Source: an uncultured Saprospiraceae bacterium
GTDB lineage: Bacteria; Bacteroidota; Bacteroidia; Chitinophagales; Saprospiraceae
Direction of reading: 5' to 3'
Assembly (NCBI GenBank): GCA_964405735.1
Contig: CAYOPD010000006.1
Location: 4,796-68,795 of the forward strand
DNA length: 64,000 nucleotides
Shown here in pieces: positions 1 to 8,406 of this stretch (position 1 is the stretch's first letter; the number at the start of each line of letters is the position of its first letter). The notes under the pieces were generated by a model, which saw only the letters and a program-made list of their open reading frames with translations, ran no database searches and was not told where the DNA came from. The translations under genes and the position numbers were made by a program.

Positions 1-145
1 GGGTATGGAGTGGAAGGTCAATTCAGACCTGGATGTATATTCCCAATTGACCTATGCACAACGTTTCCTCAACAAACAATTTGGGCCGAACTGGGATCAG
101 TTCAGGTCGCTTTCGCTGGAGATTGGTTTGAAGACGGGGTTGTAG
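1..145 (+). CDS. 3' end of an unidentified CDS (partial, runs off the window start)
   Basis: Frame 2 is open from the window edge to TAG at 143-145 (...RFLNKQFGPNWDQFRSLSLEIGLKTGL*). 47 aa is too short to assign a family. Confidence 0.35.
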   Translation, partial: GMEWKVNSDLDVYSQLTYAQRFLNKQFGPNWDQFRSLSLEIGLKTGL

Positions 146-221
146 TACAAAGAAGTCAGCAGTCAGTTTTCAGCAATTTTTGACTCCTGACCACAGACCA
201 CAGACCACTGATTACTGAATA
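146..221. repeat. Low-complexity intergenic words (AGTCAG-type, then CACAGAC x2) between convergent genes, forming an imperfect hairpin
   Basis: 'agaagtcagcagtcag' (152-167) and 'ttgactcctgacc' (180-192) are imperfectly complementary. 'cacagac' is tandemly repeated. Similar AGTCAG words occur at 21665-21682 and 49128-49150. Confidence 0.5.
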
Positions 222-1088
222 CTACCTGACCAGCTCCAGCTGGGTAGCAGCCATCCTTAGAAAATTAGGAAGGATGGTAGACCGGGTCCTGGCGATTTTA
301 TCCGGGTCTTTCAGATGGACCACCATCTCATGATAAGCGGATTCGCCCACATTGTGGATGATGGGTGCCTTTTTGGCTCCGTTGAAGTGGACCAGCATGC
401 CATCGGGGTCGGCTTCGGGGTGGAATTGCGTGCCGATAAAATAATCAGAAAACCGGATCGCCATCAGCGCCCGGTCTTCGGTGCCCGGTGCGGGCTGATT
501 TTCTTCAGCCAGGATTTCGTATCCGTGGCTGATTATTTTATTCATGTCCGGACGGATCACCTGGAACATCCTGAAATCAGCGATATAAAAAGGATGGGGA
601 AGGGTTTCAAATATGGCTTCAGCCCTGCCGGCTGTAGTCAGTTTGACCGGGAAAATGCCGTACGAAGAAGGTTGCCTTTCATTGATCTCCGCCAGGCCAT
701 AGTGCCTGCAGATCATCTGGAAGGAATGGCATATGAAAAACACATATTTTTTCCTGGAATGGGGCAGGCGGTTCCAGGCTTCGATCGAATCGATCAACTC
801 AAAATACTTGGTGTCCCAGGCCATACCCTTGGTATCCAGTGGGCTTCCGGGTCCGCCGCTGCTGATATAAATATCATACGACAGATCGGGCACGTCTTCT
901 TCCAGTCGGAGGGCATAGGTATCGGTGATGATCTCCTGGTTGATTTCAAGGGAGAAATTTTGAATGAGTTCGTGGATACACCGGATGCCCTCGTTTGCCT
1001 CACCGTTGTAAAGGTCTATAATGGCTATACGGATCAACGCTCTTTCTTTGATATACATTCTCTTGACAGGCTTGGTTGAAGAGGGCAA
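222..1088 (-). CDS. Class I glutamine amidotransferase-like protein (GATase1 fold)
   Basis: 288-aa ORF with 'SSGGPGSP', a nucleophile-elbow-like 'FFICHSFQM' and 'GTQFHPE' (Cys-His-Glu triad pattern). The start could instead be the Met at 1058. Confidence 0.75.
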   Translation of the reverse strand: MPSSTKPVKRMYIKERALIRIAIIDLYNGEANEGIRCIHELIQNFSLEINQEIITDTYALRLEEDVPDLSYDIYISSGGPGSPLDTKGMAWDTKYFELIDSIEAWNRLPHSRKKYVFFICHSFQMICRHYGLAEINERQPSSYGIFPVKLTTAGRAEAIFETLPHPFYIADFRMFQVIRPDMNKIISHGYEILAEENQPAPGTEDRALMAIRFSDYFIGTQFHPEADPDGMLVHFNGAKKAPIIHNVGESAYHEMVVHLKDPDKIARTRSTILPNFLRMAATQLELVR

Positions 1089-1153
1089 AGATACTAAAAA
1101 TCGAATACCGTTGTAATGTTTTGCAAATCAGTCCATTATGATAAATCAGCCCA

Positions 1154-2011
1154 TCAGTAAATGCAGGTGGCTGGATCATGCACTTCCAGGTAAGACCTGT
1201 AATTCCTGGCCCTGGCATCCTTGCATCCTACCAGATTGACCAGTTGGATTTTCCTGAATTCAATAGGCTGTCCTTCACTCTGCAGGGCGATAAAGCCTGA
1301 TGTCAGGGGCTTGCCAGGTTCCCAGACCGCAGGGTTATACCGGTTGGCAACTCCACCGCCCATGGAGGGCATGGAATATTCAAGCACCACTTTTCCTTCG
1401 ATGATGTGGCGCACCAGGCTGTCACCAAGTACTTCCAGTTCGGCAGAAACCCATTTGTCCTTATCATAAGTATCGCTGGTTGAATTGAGGCAATGGCCCG
1501 GGTATTTTTTGCCTTGGTAAACGATGTCGGTGCCAGGAGAACACATGTTTCCGGTAGGCCTCGGTTTTCCATCCCCAAGACCCGCCAGAAACTGCATTTC
1601 TACCGATATCGGCCAATCCTGCTCTTTTGGCATGGTGGCCGGATCCTGGGAATGAAACATGACCCCGCTATTGAGCAGGGTATAATCCGGCGCACCGGGC
1701 TGGAGTTTCCCCCTGAACCGGTAATCCAGCTTCAGGCGGTAATGCGAAAAGGGCTTATGATAATATAAATGTCCAAACTGGTCTTTGAATTCGCCATACC
1801 GATCATAAGAAACCACTATTTTCTTATTCTTCACGCTGAACGTGTTGCCAAAATTGTCGCCATAATCGTGATGGTGGATTTTTACATTCCAGCCATCCAG
1901 GTTTTTACCATTGAATAGTTTTACCCAGTCCCTGGCCGGGATCTGACTGGTTCCGTTTAAACAGAATCCACTGATCATAAAAACCAAGTTCCAGGGGCTG
2001 ATCCTCATCAT
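1154..2011 (-). CDS. DUF1080 (3-keto-disaccharide hydrolase family) secreted protein
   Basis: Hydrophobic N-terminus followed by 'DWVKLFNGKNLDGWNVK', and a C-terminal 'GFIALQSEGQPIEFRKIQL', typical of DUF1080/PF06439. Confidence 0.8.
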   Translation of the reverse strand: MMRISPWNLVFMISGFCLNGTSQIPARDWVKLFNGKNLDGWNVKIHHHDYGDNFGNTFSVKNKKIVVSYDRYGEFKDQFGHLYYHKPFSHYRLKLDYRFRGKLQPGAPDYTLLNSGVMFHSQDPATMPKEQDWPISVEMQFLAGLGDGKPRPTGNMCSPGTDIVYQGKKYPGHCLNSTSDTYDKDKWVSAELEVLGDSLVRHIIEGKVVLEYSMPSMGGGVANRYNPAVWEPGKPLTSGFIALQSEGQPIEFRKIQLVNLVGCKDARARNYRSYLEVHDPATCIY

Positions 2012-2965
2012 TTATAACATTTCTTTGTTTACGCTCCGGGATACGTATTTGCCCCAGGTAAGGTTGTCCTGGCCGGGTTTATGTGCCCTGGCCCTTTCGA
2101 TGGCGTACAGAGCAGCATGTTCCACCACCCAGTCCCAGTTTTCCTTGCCAACGGAATGCAGATCGGCATCCGGGGCCGGGTTGCAAAAATCGATGGCATA
2201 GGGTATACCGTCGCGGACGGCAAATTCCACCGTATTGAAGTCGTAACCCAGGAATTCATTAAGCCGGATGACATAAGATTCAATCAGGGAGATCAGTTTA
2301 TCGGAATTCTCCGGCAGTCTTACATCATAACGCAGGTGATGCGGGTTGCGCGGTTCATAAGCCATGATCCGGACATATTTACTGCCAATGCAATAACAGC
2401 GGAAATAGTAGTCAAATACGATTTCTTCCTGCAGCAGCATGACCAGTTGGTTGGTCTGATTGTATTTCTCAAAAAAATCGGCCTGGTCATGGATTTTGTA
2501 CACATGTTTCCAGCCGCCCCCTGCAAATGGTTTCATGTAAGCCGGCCATCCGATGTATTCAAACATACCCTGCCAGTCGAGCGGAAATGCCAGGTTTCTA
2601 AAGGAGGTTTCCTGGGTATCCGGCGGCCGTTCCTTGGAAGGAAGGATCACGGTTTTAGGCACGGGCACCCCGATTTTCACGGCCAGGCAATTATTAAAAA
2701 ACTTGTCGTCCGCGCTCCACCAGAATGGATTGTTGATCACGGCGGTGCCTGTGATGGCCGCGTTCTTCAGCATGGCCCTGTAAAAGGGCACATCCTGGGA
2801 GATGCGGTCCACGATCACATCGTAATCCAGTGGCACCGCCTGCAACACTTTATCAATCTTTACCGCTTCCGCACGAATCCCCGGCACATTCATGGCATTG
2901 ATCCGGTCGACAAAAGCGGGAGGAAAACTGCTTTCCATGCCGTGAAGGATTCCGATCTTCTTCAT
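2012..2965 (-). CDS. ATP-grasp domain protein (RimK/glutathione-synthetase-like ligase)
   Basis: The ORF track gives 2012-3097. I trimmed it to the Met at 2965 ('MKKIGILHGMES...') because the upstream 44 aa are low-complexity and would overlap the divergent esterase gene. The layout is ATP-grasp-like ('WPAYMKPFAGGGWKHVYKI', 'VMLLQEEI', 'FNTVEFAVRDGIPYAIDFCN'). The stop abuts the DUF1080 start (2011/2012). Confidence 0.75.
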   Translation of the reverse strand: MKKIGILHGMESSFPPAFVDRINAMNVPGIRAEAVKIDKVLQAVPLDYDVIVDRISQDVPFYRAMLKNAAITGTAVINNPFWWSADDKFFNNCLAVKIGVPVPKTVILPSKERPPDTQETSFRNLAFPLDWQGMFEYIGWPAYMKPFAGGGWKHVYKIHDQADFFEKYNQTNQLVMLLQEEIVFDYYFRCYCIGSKYVRIMAYEPRNPHHLRYDVRLPENSDKLISLIESYVIRLNEFLGYDFNTVEFAVRDGIPYAIDFCNPAPDADLHSVGKENWDWVVEHAALYAIERARAHKPGQDNLTWGKYVSRSVNKEML

Positions 2966-3006
2966 AAGTTTGTATTTTGACCCAAAATAGATAAATATTT
3001 TATTCC

Positions 3007-3792
3007 TTGAACCGCAGGTACCACGATTTCCAATCTGACCATCTGGAGAGACCAGTATCCCTTTCCTTTTATCACGGACCGGCTGAAGACCGCCCAACGG
3101 TGGACCACCTGGTGATTGTCAATGACGGGCAGGAACTGGCCCACATGGATATGGGGCATATGGTCAGGGAGCGCGCGGGCCATCACCGGCGTTCAGTCCT
3201 CGTCGTGGGATGTGCCGCCGCACCCGGTGAAGCCCGTAAACAGGAATACGGCGTTCAGTGGTCTTCGGATTATGCCGGCAGGGGCCGGCTCGCCGCAGCC
3301 TACAACCGGTTTATTCTCTCTGAGCTGATTCCCTTTCTTCACCAGGAGTATTCGCTCGATCAAAATACCGATACCACGATGGCCGGCTGGAGCCTGGGTG
3401 GCCTGAGTGCTATGGATATTGCCTGGCATTCTCCAAACCGGTTCAGGAAAACCGGCGTTTTTTCCGGTTCATTCTGGTGGAGGCATCCTGAAAAAATCAA
3501 GGATGATGTACACCACCGGATGATGCATCACCGCATTCGAAACACCTCTTCCCGGCCTGAACTTAAGTTCTGGTTCCAGGCAGGGACCGAAGATGAAACA
3601 GCGGACCGCAACAACAACGGGATCATCGATGTGATTGACGATACCCTGGACCTGATCAGCGAGTTGCATGAAAAGGGCTATCACCGCGAACATGATCTGA
3701 AATTCCATATCGTCGAAGGCGGCCGCCACGACCTTCCCACCTGGAAAAAAATGATGCCGGTTTTTTTGGATTGGGTCATTACGGGGAAGTAG
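3007..3792 (+). CDS. Esterase family alpha/beta-hydrolase (enterochelin-esterase-like, PF00756-type)
   Basis: 'LVIVNDGQEL', 'KQEYG', nucleophile elbow 'GWSLGGLSA', 'FSGSFWW'. TTG start at 3007, so the exact N-terminus is uncertain. Confidence 0.75.
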   Translation: MNRRYHDFQSDHLERPVSLSFYHGPAEDRPTVDHLVIVNDGQELAHMDMGHMVRERAGHHRRSVLVVGCAAAPGEARKQEYGVQWSSDYAGRGRLAAAYNRFILSELIPFLHQEYSLDQNTDTTMAGWSLGGLSAMDIAWHSPNRFRKTGVFSGSFWWRHPEKIKDDVHHRMMHHRIRNTSSRPELKFWFQAGTEDETADRNNNGIIDVIDDTLDLISELHEKGYHREHDLKFHIVEGGRHDLPTWKKMMPVFLDWVITGK

Positions 3793-3833
3793 GTGTGAGG
3801 TGTGAGGTGCTGTGTGTGTCCTTTCTCCCGTAT

Positions 3834-3850
3834 CCCTTCCTCCCGTCTCC
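3834..3850. repeat. 17-nt word 'cccttcctcccgtctcc' abutting the crcB stop codon, identical to 44304-44320
   Basis: Exact 17-mer match read directly at both loci. Both copies sit in short intergenic spacers after stop codons and are followed by similar 't(t/a)t(a/t)ctcct'. Confidence 0.7.
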
Positions 3851-3851
3851 T

Positions 3852-4223
3852 TTACTCCTTCATCACAGCGAATCCCAACCAAGCCAGTAAAATTCCACCC
3901 AGAATACTTGATATCAAATAAATCCCTCCGGACAAATATTGCCCTTTCTGAAGAAGGTTGATCATTTCCAGCGAAAAGGTCGAGAAAGTGGTGAATCCTC
4001 CACAAAACCCGGTGGTGAGTGCCAGGCGGAGCGCAAAATTGCCCGGATGTTTTAAGAAATAGGCCCAAAGGATGCCCAGCAATAAACTGCCGGAAAGATT
4101 GATGATCAGGGTATGCCAGGGAAAGCGGGCCATGTCCGCGCGCATCCAGACCGAGAGGAGATGCCTTAGGATACCACCACCGGCGGCTCCTGAGGCAACA
4201 CTCAAAACGGAGATCCAATTCAT
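3852..4223 (-). CDS. crcB: Fluoride ion channel CrcB/FluC
   Basis: 123 aa with four hydrophobic segments. 'WHTLIINLSGSLLLG' and 'GFCGGFTTFSTFSLE' are CrcB signature-like. Confidence 0.9.
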   Translation of the reverse strand: MNWISVLSVASGAAGGGILRHLLSVWMRADMARFPWHTLIINLSGSLLLGILWAYFLKHPGNFALRLALTTGFCGGFTTFSTFSLEMINLLQKGQYLSGGIYLISSILGGILLAWLGFAVMKE

Positions 4224-4305
4224 GACGGATAGGTCTTAGCTTGCGAATGTATTGATTTCACAAATATTATGTAGGTTTATTCTGAACAAAAAATAAAATC
4301 AAAAC

Positions 4306-4644
4306 ATGACCATTGCAGAACTCCAGCAGGAGGTGGATCAGTGGATAAAAAAACACGGGGTAAAATATTTCAGTGAACTCACCAATACCGCCCTCCTGGC
4401 TGAAGAATGCGGTGAATTGGCCCGGCTCATGGCGAGGATCTACGGCGACCAATCATTCAGGACCCGGGAAGAAGCAGACAAGTCCGGTCAGTCCCTGGCC
4501 GGAGAAATGGCTGATATATTGTTTGTGTTGACCTGCCTGGCCAATCAATGCGGTGTCGATCTCCAGGAGGCCATTACCCTGAATATGGAACATAAAAAAA
4601 ACAGAGATGCAAGCCGGCATCACCATAATCCCAAATTGAAATGA
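4306..4644 (+). CDS. MazG-like nucleotide pyrophosphohydrolase (small, single domain)
   Basis: 'LLAEECGELARLM' and 'EMADILFVLTCLAN' are the EExxE/D-type MazG helices. 112 aa. Confidence 0.8.
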   Translation: MTIAELQQEVDQWIKKHGVKYFSELTNTALLAEECGELARLMARIYGDQSFRTREEADKSGQSLAGEMADILFVLTCLANQCGVDLQEAITLNMEHKKNRDASRHHHNPKLK

Positions 4645-7028
4645 AATCCATCCCTATCCGCTTTTTAGTTGTGTTTTTTTTTCCAGCCTTGACAGCAAAA
4701 GGGCAGGAGCATATCCTGTGGTATTCAAAACCCGCATCCTATTTTGAAGAAGCCCTGCCGGTAGGAAACGGGCGGATGGGCGCCATGGTCTACGGCGGAA
4801 TCCGGAGGGAACGCCTTTCACTGAATGACATCACCTTGTGGACCGGAGAACCTGCAAAAGCAGATCAAAATCCGGAGGCATTCCGGCATCTTCCGGCTGT
4901 CCGGGAAGCGCTTTTCAGGGAAGACTACGCCGCAGCCGATACCCTGGTGCGGAAATTGCAGGGCCGTTTTTCTGAATCCTATGCACCCCTGGGTAATCTG
5001 TGGATAGACTTCCACCATCCGCATGAAGCCGGCGAATACCGCAGGGAACTCGATCTGCAAAACGCACAGGTGAACATTCAATACCGCTCTAACCAAACCC
5101 TCTATACCCGAACCGTTTTTGCCTCCCATCCGGACCAGGTCATGGTCATCCGGCTTCAATCAAAGGGCGAAGGACGGCTCCATTTTACGGTCCATCTCAA
5201 CAGCTTGCTTCTGCATCAGGTGAGTACCAAAGCGCAACGGATGGTGATGACCGGCAGGGCGCCGGTGCATGCAGAACCCAATTACCGGAGGGTGAACAAT
5301 GCCATAATCTATGGTGAACAAAGAGGAACCCGCTTCGCTACGGCGCTTGAAATCCGTCAGGGGGAAGGCCGCATCAGCACCGGAGATTCCACCATAACCG
5401 TTGACCAGGCATCCTGGGCGGAAATCAGGCTGAGCATGGCCACCAGTTTTAATGGATTCGACAAGGATCCTTTCCGTGAGGGCCTTGATGAAATCAAAAG
5501 AGCAAGGGATCCGCTTGAAAAGATTTCAAAATATTCTTATTCCAGTTTGCTCGAAAGGCATCGGGCCGATTATAAAAAATTCTATGACCGGGTCGTTCTG
5601 AACCTGGGCAAAGCGCCATTTGAAAAAACAGAAACCGGCCTCCGGCTGAAACAAAACTCAGCATCCCATCCCGATCATGGGCTGTCTGAATTGTATTTCA
5701 ATTTTGGCCGTTATCTCCTGATCAGCGGGTCCCGCACCGCAACGGCTCCAATCAACCTGCAGGGAATCTGGAATGAACAGATGAGGCCGCCGTGGAGCAG
5801 CAATTATACAGTCAATATCAATACGGAAATGAATTACTGGCCAGTGGAAGTCTGCAACCTTTCCGAACTGCATCAGCCATTGCTTTCATTTATAGGCAAT
5901 CTCGCTCACACAGGAACCGTCACTGCGCGGACCTTCTATAATTGCAGGGGTTGGACTTGTCATCACAATTCCGACATCTGGAGCATGACCAATCCGGTCG
6001 GTGACTTCGGATCGGGTGACCCGAATTGGGCCAACTGGCAATCCGGAGGAGCATGGCTGGTCAACCATCTTTGGGAACATTTTTTATTTACCAGGGACTC
6101 TCTTTTTTTAAGGACCCAGGCTTACCCGCTGATGAAAGGGGCATCCCTCTTTTGCCTGGATTACCTCACCGAAGACCCAAAAGGTTTTTTAGTGACGGCC
6201 CCTTCCACCTCCCCGGAGAATATCTATATCACGGACAAAAATTACAAAGGGGCCACCCTCTATGGAAGCACCGCGGATTTGTCCATGATCCGCGAACTAT
6301 TTCACGCCGTGATCCTTGCAGGAGAAATCCTGGATACAGACCACAGCTTCAAAGACTCCGTTCGATCAGCCCTGGACCGGCTTTATCCCTACCAGGTCAG
6401 TCGGGAAGGGCATCTGCAGGAATGGTATCACGATTGGGCCGACCAGGATCCCAGGCACCGTCATTTATCCCATTTGTACGGGGTTTATCCCGGAAGCACC
6501 ATCACTCCCGGGCAGGGGGATTTGTTTAAAGCGGCCCGGCAATCGCTTTTGAACCGGACCAATAACGGTACGGGATGGTCTATTTCATGGAAGATCGGCA
6601 TGTGGGCGCGGTTACTGGATGGGGAGCAGGCTTACGATGCCTTTATTAAATTATTGAATTATTATCCTGCCGACAAAAGTGAAATCCGGATGGCCGGAGG
6701 AGGGACCTATCCCAATTTATTCGATGCCCATCCACCTTTCCAGATCGATGGCAATTTTGGAGGCGTCGCCGGACTGGCCGAAATGTTGCTGCAAAGCCAT
6801 GAAAAGGAAGTTCACCTCCTGCCAGCTCTTCCATCGGCCTGGCCTTCGGGATCGGTCAAAGGCCTCAAGGCACGTGGTAACATGACCGTAAACCTCTCCT
6901 GGGAAAACGGGAAACTAAAAATGGCAGAGTTCAGAGGATCCATGGATGGTTTCAGGGAGATCAAATATGCCGGACAGATTAAAAAGGTACAACTGAGAAA
7001 GGACAAATGGGTATCCCTGACATTCTAA
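4641..7028 (+). CDS. Glycoside hydrolase family 95 (alpha-L-fucosidase-like), secreted
   Basis: 795 aa with a signal peptide. 'LWYSKPA..FEEALPVGNGRMGAMVYGG...ERLSLNDITLWTG', 'NLQGIWN' and 'YTVNINTEMNYWP' are typical of GH95. The ATGA overlaps the MazG stop. Confidence 0.85.
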   Translation: MKSIPIRFLVVFFFPALTAKGQEHILWYSKPASYFEEALPVGNGRMGAMVYGGIRRERLSLNDITLWTGEPAKADQNPEAFRHLPAVREALFREDYAAADTLVRKLQGRFSESYAPLGNLWIDFHHPHEAGEYRRELDLQNAQVNIQYRSNQTLYTRTVFASHPDQVMVIRLQSKGEGRLHFTVHLNSLLLHQVSTKAQRMVMTGRAPVHAEPNYRRVNNAIIYGEQRGTRFATALEIRQGEGRISTGDSTITVDQASWAEIRLSMATSFNGFDKDPFREGLDEIKRARDPLEKISKYSYSSLLERHRADYKKFYDRVVLNLGKAPFEKTETGLRLKQNSASHPDHGLSELYFNFGRYLLISGSRTATAPINLQGIWNEQMRPPWSSNYTVNINTEMNYWPVEVCNLSELHQPLLSFIGNLAHTGTVTARTFYNCRGWTCHHNSDIWSMTNPVGDFGSGDPNWANWQSGGAWLVNHLWEHFLFTRDSLFLRTQAYPLMKGASLFCLDYLTEDPKGFLVTAPSTSPENIYITDKNYKGATLYGSTADLSMIRELFHAVILAGEILDTDHSFKDSVRSALDRLYPYQVSREGHLQEWYHDWADQDPRHRHLSHLYGVYPGSTITPGQGDLFKAARQSLLNRTNNGTGWSISWKIGMWARLLDGEQAYDAFIKLLNYYPADKSEIRMAGGGTYPNLFDAHPPFQIDGNFGGVAGLAEMLLQSHEKEVHLLPALPSAWPSGSVKGLKARGNMTVNLSWENGKLKMAEFRGSMDGFREIKYAGQIKKVQLRKDKWVSLTF

Positions 7029-7047
7029 ATTCTCCGGATCCGGATCT

Positions 7048-8406
7048 ATGAAAAGATTAATCCTCAAAAGGCTGCTTATTTCAGTTCCCCTGCTCCTGGC
7101 TGTGTCCTTCACCGCCTTTCTTCTTCGGGACATCATGGAATCGGATTCTTTTGAGCATTTTCAGGATTCTCAAAACCGGCCCGCCTCCCTGAGAAAAAGT
7201 GAAATACTCAATCGTGCGAGGGCTGAAGCCAGGGACCTGCCTTTGTTTTATGTTTCCATTCAACCCTGGTCCTATCCCGATACCCTTTATCGTTTTGTCA
7301 TTAAATCGGAAAAAAATCGCATTAAAGGATTTCTCAACCAGGGCTTTCCCTGGCCAGCCGTCCGGAAGTTTTTGTCTGATGAACAAATGATGATGGAAGG
7401 GTTGGCAAACCGACTCGATAAATTGCTTATGGAAGAAGTGAGCCGCCTGGATGAAATCGAAGCGATTTCCGAAAAACTGGATGCCATGACGGATTCTACC
7501 AGGGCCGGAGCCCATTGGGGAACCCTTAAAGGATCCCTGCAGAAAATGAAAGAAGGCCGAAACCGGTTTGCCTTATTCATTCCGGGTCCGGACTGGCATG
7601 GAAGCAATAACCGTTTCCATATCTGGCTCAAAAAAATACTTCGCGGAGATTGGGGCGTATCCAGGTCGGATTACCGGCCAGCCTGGGTCAAAATCCGGGA
7701 AGCGGTTTCCTGGACCCTGTCCATGAGCCTGGCTTCCCTCCTGCTGGTTTACCTTATTTCATTATTTCTGGGTGAATGGTTATTTCGCAGAAAACAGAAA
7801 CAAAAAGGAAGGATCACCGAAACTTTTCTTTTTTTTCTTTATTCCATTCCCCGCTTTTTTCTTGCTCTTATGCTGATCCTGGTTTTTGCCAGCGATACCG
7901 TGTCCCCTTTTTTACACCTTTTTCCCAGCCCGGGGTTTTTTGATTCGGATCCCGATGCCTCCATTCCGGAGCAATGGGCCCGGTATGGGTCCCAACTGGT
8001 ATTGCCCGTTTTGTGTATGGTGCTTCCTTCCCTGGCTTATCTTACCCGCATCTATTCCAGTAAGCTGCGGGAAGAAAAAAACAAACCTTACGCTTTCATG
8101 GCCTGGAGCAGGGGCGATGGAGAAGATTTTATCACAAGGCATCATCTTCGCCGCAATGCCCTCTTGCCGCTGATCGCATTATTGGGCATGGAGATTCCCG
8201 CTTTGTTTGGTGGATCCATCGTGATAGAAGTATTATTTAATATCCCAGGGATGGGCCGGTTGATGCTTCAATCCATTCTGATCCAGGATTGGGTGATCGT
8301 TTTTAATGTTCTTTTACTGATCGGTGCATTTACCATTTTAGGCAAGCTGCTCGCTGACCTGCTCTATGGCCTCACCGATCCCAGGATCAGATGGAAGTCA
8401 TCATGA
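7048..8406 (+). CDS. ABC transporter permease (Dpp/Opp BPD type) with an enlarged first extracytoplasmic loop
   Basis: 'MKRLILKRLLISVPLLLAVSFTAFLL' is a DppB-like N-terminus. The C-terminal half has permease TM segments and 'DLLYGLTDPRIR'. About 190 aa separate TM1 and TM2. Confidence 0.8.
   Translation: MKRLILKRLLISVPLLLAVSFTAFLLRDIMESDSFEHFQDSQNRPASLRKSEILNRARAEARDLPLFYVSIQPWSYPDTLYRFVIKSEKNRIKGFLNQGFPWPAVRKFLSDEQMMMEGLANRLDKLLMEEVSRLDEIEAISEKLDAMTDSTRAGAHWGTLKGSLQKMKEGRNRFALFIPGPDWHGSNNRFHIWLKKILRGDWGVSRSDYRPAWVKIREAVSWTLSMSLASLLLVYLISLFLGEWLFRRKQKQKGRITETFLFFLYSIPRFFLALMLILVFASDTVSPFLHLFPSPGFFDSDPDASIPEQWARYGSQLVLPVLCMVLPSLAYLTRIYSSKLREEKNKPYAFMAWSRGDGEDFITRHHLRRNALLPLIALLGMEIPALFGGSIVIEVLFNIPGMGRLMLQSILIQDWVIVFNVLLLIGAFTILGKLLADLLYGLTDPRIRWKSS

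Noticed and set aside
315-1079. Long antisense 'shadow' ORFs fully inside better-supported genes. Examples: 315-1079(+), 2081-2980(+), 3469-4218(-), 13532-14536(-), 16838-17515(-), 31519-32385(-), 36250-37047(+), 37584-38330(+), 42989-44146(-).
   Set aside because: Each lies opposite a CDS with clear family motifs. Their translations are low-complexity (rich in G, P, R and H) with no recognisable domains. This is typical of frame -1 shadows of RNY-biased coding sequence.
2966-3097. N-terminal extensions of several track ORFs: 2012-3097, 9732-, 12738-, 20387-, 46185-47063, 49207-, 49367-, 50128-51033 and 51115-51615.
   Set aside because: The extra residues are non-homologous and low-complexity, or would overlap neighbouring genes, terminators or promoters. 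Internal Met codons give N-termini that match family expectations (signal peptides, or conserved first motifs), so I trimmed them.
4224-4305. A fluoride riboswitch upstream of crcB.
   Set aside because: The reverse complement of the 82-nt spacer lacks the conserved crcB-motif elements (GGnGAUGG... and CUGAUGAUGCCU). The spacer is also shared with the divergent MazG-like gene. No riboswitch can be supported.
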